Positions 7,078 to 10,969 of a stretch of DNA of 10,969 nt are shown in pieces (positions within the stretch are counted from its first letter, which is position 1; each line of letters begins with the position of its first letter). The notes beneath the pieces are model-generated. The model saw nothing but the letters and a program-made list of their open reading frames with translations. It had not been told where the DNA came from and made no database searches. The stretch comes from a virus (taxonomy: Duplodnaviria > Heunggongvirae > Uroviricota > Caudoviricetes). The stretch lies in IMG/VR virus record IMGVR_UViG_2541047679_000011. The stretch is one strand, 5' to 3'. Both the position numbers and the translations under genes were made by a program.

Positions 7078-8187
7078 ATGACCGATACCACCATGCAATT
7101 GCTCAGTCAGGGCACAGACCCCGTGAAAATGCCGGATTTTGATATTCTCGCGGAGGGTAAAACGCTGTCAGGCGTGGCAGAGCGCCTGATGAGCCTGTCA
7201 CTGACCGACAACCGGGGATTTGAGGCGGACCAGCTCACCATCACGCTGGATGATGCGGATGGTCAGTTGCAGCTACCGCCACGGGGCGCGTGCCTGACGG
7301 TTCTCATTGGCTGGAAAGGAGAACCGCTGACAGAAAAAGGCACTTACATTGTTGATGAAATCGCTCACGAAGGACCGCCGGACAGGCTGACTGTTTCAGC
7401 CAGAAGCGCAGATTTTCGGGATGAATTTAACGTTAAACGTGAGGTGTCCTGGCATGATGTGACCGTTGAGCGTGTGGTATCCGCCATCGCTCATCGGTAT
7501 GGTCTGAAACCGCAAATCAGCGAAATGCTGATGGATATCGAAATCGACCACGCCGACCAGACCGAAGAAAGCGACATGTCCTTTCTTACGCGCATGGCGG
7601 AAATGCTGGGCGCAATCACCACGGTAAAAAGCGGTAATCTGTTATTCATTATGCCAGGCGGTGGCGTGAACGCACAGGGCCAGCCGTTGCCATCGTTCGC
7701 CATTACACGCAGCAGCGGCGATCGCCATCAGTTCCGCATTGCTGACCGCGAGGCGTATACGGGTGTACGCGCCTACTGGCTTGATCTTAATTACGGGAAA
7801 AAGAAAAAAGTCAGCGTGAAACGCCGCAAACCGCCAAAACCCAAAAAGGAGAAAAGCAGTAGCCGTGAAGGTGATTATATGGAAGGCGCGGAAGGCAATG
7901 TGTTTGTGTTACGCAAGACTTATCAGAACGAGCAGGCAGCAAGACGCGCAGCGGCGGCAAAGTGGCAGCAGCTACAACGCGGAGCCGCATCATTCTCCAT
8001 CATGCTGGCACGTGGACGCGCAGAACTCTACCCCGAAATGCATGGCACGGTAACAGGATTTAAAAGCGAGATTGATAATCAGGACTGGATTATTGCGAAA
8101 GCCGAGCACACCATTGATAACAGCGGCTTTACCACGCAGCTTGAGCTTGAAGCAAAAATCCCGGAATGGATAGCAGAAACAGAGTGA
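7078..8187 (+). CDS. Phage late control / tail protein D (P2 gpD family)
   Basis: Translation from ATG 7078 (GGGAGGG SD 6 nt upstream): MTDTTMQLLSQ...PDFDILAEGKTLS...LSLTDNRGFEADQLTITLDDADGQL...GW..., matching gpD-family proteins. The track ORF starting at 6946 adds 44 N-terminal residues with no SD and would occupy the divergent promoter region. Contains an unusual K/R-rich insert (GKKKKVSVKRRKPPKPKKEK). Confidence 0.85.
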   Translation: MTDTTMQLLSQGTDPVKMPDFDILAEGKTLSGVAERLMSLSLTDNRGFEADQLTITLDDADGQLQLPPRGACLTVLIGWKGEPLTEKGTYIVDEIAHEGPPDRLTVSARSADFRDEFNVKREVSWHDVTVERVVSAIAHRYGLKPQISEMLMDIEIDHADQTEESDMSFLTRMAEMLGAITTVKSGNLLFIMPGGGVNAQGQPLPSFAITRSSGDRHQFRIADREAYTGVRAYWLDLNYGKKKKVSVKRRKPPKPKKEKSSSREGDYMEGAEGNVFVLRKTYQNEQAARRAAAAKWQQLQRGAASFSIMLARGRAELYPEMHGTVTGFKSEIDNQDWIIAKAEHTIDNSGFTTQLELEAKIPEWIAETE

Positions 8188-8438
8188 GCAACTTGGATGC
8201 ATTAGCTCAGACCAAAGCTGGCACGCTTACGACGCAGAACCAAACCTAATCTGACAGTCCGCTTTGTACCAGAAGCAGACATTAATAACATTATTTGCAA
8301 TAACCAATTGATATTGTTTTTATTGCGTGTTATTAAAGCATATCCACTTGTGGTCATTACCAACTACTCGTCTATTTTTATTTGTGAACAAAATCAGATT
8401 TTAGCTAGAAACATTTTGTGAAAAAAATAGCGAAATTT

Positions 8439-8467
8439 TTGTAGGAAGTAAGTCAAGCAGATATAGC
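8439..8467 (+). promoter_or_regulatory. Candidate sigma70 promoter for the cargo nuclease gene
   Basis: TTGTAG (8439-8444), a 17-nt spacer, then TATAGC (8462-8467), inside a region of roughly 22% GC about 70 nt upstream of the cargo ATG. Pattern match only, and several alternative AT-rich hexamers exist. Confidence 0.25.
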
Positions 8468-8536
8468 AGCAGATCGGAAGTTATTGGTCATGCGTTATTT
8501 ACTCTAAGCAAAAAAACTTAGTACAGGAAAAAATAA

Positions 8537-10120
8537 ATGGCAAGTAAAGCTAACCTTGTTAATTTGGATGCGATGATTTCAAGAGAGGATTTCTCTGCTC
8601 AATCCGATAATGATTTATCTTTCGAATCTATACAAAATATAGCTATGAGAGATATCGGAATGTTGTCTGGCCTACTCAGAAAACCAGATTTTCAGAGAGA
8701 AACAAATCACTGGACTCCAGAGCAAGTAGTTTCATTACTAAAGAGTTTTGTCACAGGTGATTTAATACCATCCGTGATTTTATGGAAGAGTTCTTTTGTG
8801 TTTGTTATAGACGGTGGTCATAGACTTAGTGTTTTAAGAGCATGGAAAGAAAATGACTATGGTGATGGCACTATATCGCAAAAATTCTTTGGAAATAGTA
8901 TTTCCGGAGAGCAAAGAAAGATCGCACAAAAAACAAGAGAATTGGTTGACTCCACAGTTGGTAAATGGTCTGAGATAGAAAGAAAAATGCAGGATTCTAA
9001 TAATGACCATGATGAGAGTAGAAGGCTTACAAATATTTACGTAAGGGCTTTGCAAGTCCAGTGGGTTAAAGGTGATTCCGATAAGGCAGAAACGTCTTTT
9101 TTCAATATAAATAAAAAAGGTACTCCTTTAGATGAGGTTGAGGAAACTTTACTTAGGCATAGGAAGAAACCTATATCTATCGCTGCGAGAGCAATAATAC
9201 GAGCAGGAAAAGGACATAGATACTGGTCCTCTTTCCCTGAGGATAAGACTAAAAAGATAGAAGAGCTTTCCTCAAATATAAACTCCTCTCTTTTCGATCC
9301 AGACGTTAAATCTCAAATTAAAACACTCGATCTACCTCTGGGTGGCTCACGCGGTGTGAGGTTAGCTCTTGATATCTTAATAGATCTTATGTCTATTTCC
9401 GTGTCCCAGAGCGAAAATTATCAAAAAGAATTGCTTAATCAAATCGAAGATTCAGATGGAAGCGAAACTGTTGTTGTTCTGGAAAAAACCGCAAAATTAC
9501 TAAATTGGATTACTGGAAATGACAAGGGCAGCTTAGGATTACATCCGGCCGTGTATTTTTATAGTGCATCAGGCAGACATGTGAATCCTATGTTTTTAGG
9601 GACGACTCTGTTTATAGCGAAAAAATTAAAATTTAATGATAAGAACTTCTTCAAAAAATTCACAAGTATTAGGTTTAATTTAGAGAAAACTCTAATAAAC
9701 AATAAGTCTATGCTAGCATCGTTAGTGAACAGAGCAGGACATAAGAAAAGAACTGAGTATTACTCTAATTTATTTGAGTCAATGATTGATTTCCTTCTTG
9801 AGGTAAAAAAGAAAGACAAAAGCATGAGTGATTTCAGCCTTACAGAAAGTGAAATACTCCAGCTTGCTCACTTTGAAGGTAATATCCTATCTGGGACAAG
9901 TATCAGCAATGCAACTAAAATTAGTGAGGAAGCGAAGAATGCTGTATTCATTGATACTGCATTAGCTTCAGCAATTACATGTCCTATCTGCCAGGGATAT
10001 TTAGATCCTTCAAAATCTGTCTCATATGATCACATCAAAAGAGTTGCAGATGGTGGTAAAGGTTCGGCAAAAAATACTCAGTTAACTCACCCGTATTGCA
10101 ATATGTCTGTCAAAAATTAG
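8537..10120 (+). CDS. Two-domain nuclease: N-terminal DUF262/ParB-like (DGQHR-type) domain plus C-terminal HNH (His-Me finger) endonuclease motif; GmrSD/BrxU/SspE-like candidate anti-phage defence protein
   Basis: 527-aa ORF with AGGA SD 8 nt upstream. N-terminal motifs KPDFQRETNHW and FVIDGGHRLSVL match the DUF262 signature (xQRxxxW ... DGQQR/DGQHR). The C-terminus CPICQGYLDPSKSVSYDHIKRVADGGKGSAKNTQLTHPYCN is a classic HNH pattern (CxxC...DH...GG...N...H..CN). GC content is about 35-38%, against about 57% in the neighbouring tail genes. Confidence 0.85.
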   Translation: MASKANLVNLDAMISREDFSAQSDNDLSFESIQNIAMRDIGMLSGLLRKPDFQRETNHWTPEQVVSLLKSFVTGDLIPSVILWKSSFVFVIDGGHRLSVLRAWKENDYGDGTISQKFFGNSISGEQRKIAQKTRELVDSTVGKWSEIERKMQDSNNDHDESRRLTNIYVRALQVQWVKGDSDKAETSFFNINKKGTPLDEVEETLLRHRKKPISIAARAIIRAGKGHRYWSSFPEDKTKKIEELSSNINSSLFDPDVKSQIKTLDLPLGGSRGVRLALDILIDLMSISVSQSENYQKELLNQIEDSDGSETVVVLEKTAKLLNWITGNDKGSLGLHPAVYFYSASGRHVNPMFLGTTLFIAKKLKFNDKNFFKKFTSIRFNLEKTLINNKSMLASLVNRAGHKKRTEYYSNLFESMIDFLLEVKKKDKSMSDFSLTESEILQLAHFEGNILSGTSISNATKISEEAKNAVFIDTALASAITCPICQGYLDPSKSVSYDHIKRVADGGKGSAKNTQLTHPYCNMSVKN

Positions 10121-10150
10121 CAATGAGTTAACAATTTTATATCAGATAAC

Positions 10151-10175
10151 AGCCTTCTATAATTGAAGGCTTTTC
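10151..10175 (+). terminator. Intrinsic terminator downstream of the cargo nuclease gene
   Basis: agccttc (10151-10157), loop tataatt, gaaggct (10165-10171), followed by ttt; located 31 nt after the cargo stop codon. Confidence 0.6.
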
Positions 10176-10377
10176 GTATGATGCTTTCTTCAATAGAAAT
10201 GTTGAGTATGATGGAAGATCTCTAATAGTGAATGGTTCGGTTAGGCCAGATACCTACCACTCTACACAAAACTTTGTGTCCGATCCTCGCTCACAGCAGT
10301 CGCTCCCAAGGGTTTCAGTTGGAGTCTGAGCTAGTACAACTTAGAATAGCGGCAGCACCACGTTAAGGGAGGTCGCT

Positions 10378-10638
10378 ATGTTCCGTTGTCCGCTTTGTGG
10401 CGCATCTGCCCGTATCCGCACCAGTCGTCCGGAAAATGATTCAAACACCGTGCGGCAAAAGTATTACCAGTGTAACAATCTGGAATGCGGCGTATGCTTC
10501 TCAACACTGGAAGCTTTCCATAAATTCACATCAAAACACGCCTCCGGCGTTCACTCTTCAGAAGGTATCCCGTGGCATGAGCTGCCAGCTTCACACAGGG
10601 GAAACAATCAGATGAGCTTGCCTTTACCTCAGAATTAA
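10378..10638 (+). CDS. ogr: Ogr/Delta-family zinc-finger late transcription activator
   Basis: Translation MFRCPLCGASARIRTSRPENDSNTVRQKYYQCNNLECGVCFSTLEAF... shows the CxxC...RTSR...YxQCxNxxC pattern of P2 Ogr. AGGGAGG SD 6 nt upstream. The 86-aa ORF is somewhat longer than the 72-aa P2 Ogr. Confidence 0.8.
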   Translation: MFRCPLCGASARIRTSRPENDSNTVRQKYYQCNNLECGVCFSTLEAFHKFTSKHASGVHSSEGIPWHELPASHRGNNQMSLPLPQN

Positions 10639-10828
10639 CAGGCAGAATTGCCGGAGCAACAAAAAAGCGATAGATTACGCGCGGGTGCCTTTCGGCTGAT
10701 GGTCGGAGGGAATACCCGAAGGTCAGATGTGGAAAGGCCCCGGAAAACACTTTTGTTTAACCGAGGCCCTAACCGTCTACCCTAAGCAAGTGATAGGTTA
10801 GCGCCTCCCCGAAAAAGGAGCAAGCGCT

Positions 10829-10969
10829 ATGTCGCAAAAATCGCTTACGGCCATCACGTTCTGCGTGACGGCAATCCTCATCATCTGGATGCTGCACGGT
10901 TCGCTGTGCGAAATACGGATGAGCTTCTGGGGAGCGGAGTTTGCGGCGTTCTTACAGTGTAAGCAGTAA
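10829..10969 (+). CDS. Hok/Gef-family type I toxin-like small membrane protein (46 aa)
   Basis: Not in the supplied ORF track (under 60 aa). ATG 10829 with AAAGGAG SD 8 nt upstream and TAA at 10967-10969. Translation MSQKSLTAITFCVTAILIIWMLHGSLCEIRMSFWGAEFAAFLQCKQ has a single N-terminal TM helix followed by SLCEIR...E(F)AAF, closely matching the Hok signature (…SLCEIR…REVAAF…). Confidence 0.65.
   Translation: MSQKSLTAITFCVTAILIIWMLHGSLCEIRMSFWGAEFAAFLQCKQ

Noticed and set aside
7491-8202. ORFs overlapping gpD (7491-7703, 7811-7993, 7865-8053, 7990-8202)
   Set aside because: Alternative frames or antisense within the gpD CDS; no SD or motifs.
8834-9055. Minus-strand 73-aa ORF inside the cargo nuclease gene
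   Set aside because: Antisense to a CDS with clear domain motifs. AT-rich DNA produces few stops in some frames by chance.
10397-10750. ORFs 10397-10615 (+) and 10526-10750 (-) overlapping ogr
   Set aside because: Alternative or antisense frames over the ogr CDS, which has the conserved Ogr zinc-finger pattern and a strong SD.
10699-10828. A mok-like overlapping reading frame or a recognisable sok antisense gene for the hok-like ORF
   Set aside because: The hok frame is closed by TAG at 10799-10801 and the other upstream ORF ends at 10785, so nothing overlaps the toxin start as mok does. An antisense RNA cannot be called by eye.
1-10969. CRISPR arrays, tRNA or rRNA genes
   Set aside because: No regularly spaced direct repeats and no cloverleaf or rRNA-like conserved segments were seen. 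The only strong structured elements are the hairpins already listed.

Overview
This window reads as the late/tail region of a rearranged P2-like (Peduovirus-type) prophage from an enterobacterium, identified by eye from the translated ORFs; no searches were run. Left to right: a Pin/Hin/Gin-family serine DNA invertase (1-603, +); an IS200 copy (tnpA 692-1150, -) flanked by perfect hairpins; a bidirectional terminator; then the tail genes U, T (tape measure), E with its -1 frameshift extension E', FII (tube) and FI (sheath), all on the minus strand. Tail gene D (7078-8187) is on the plus strand, divergent from FI, which differs from the co-linear FI-FII-E-T-U-D-ogr order of P2. Between D and ogr sits an AT-rich cargo island of about 2.2 kb with its own SD and terminator. 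It encodes a 527-aa protein with an N-terminal DUF262/ParB-like domain and a C-terminal HNH nuclease motif, the architecture of GmrSD/BrxU/SspE-type defence nucleases. This is the strongest candidate for a novel system. After ogr (10378-10638), a 46-aa Hok/Gef-like type I toxin ORF (10829-10969) ends exactly at the window edge and is absent from the ORF track. No rRNA, tRNA or CRISPR array was seen.
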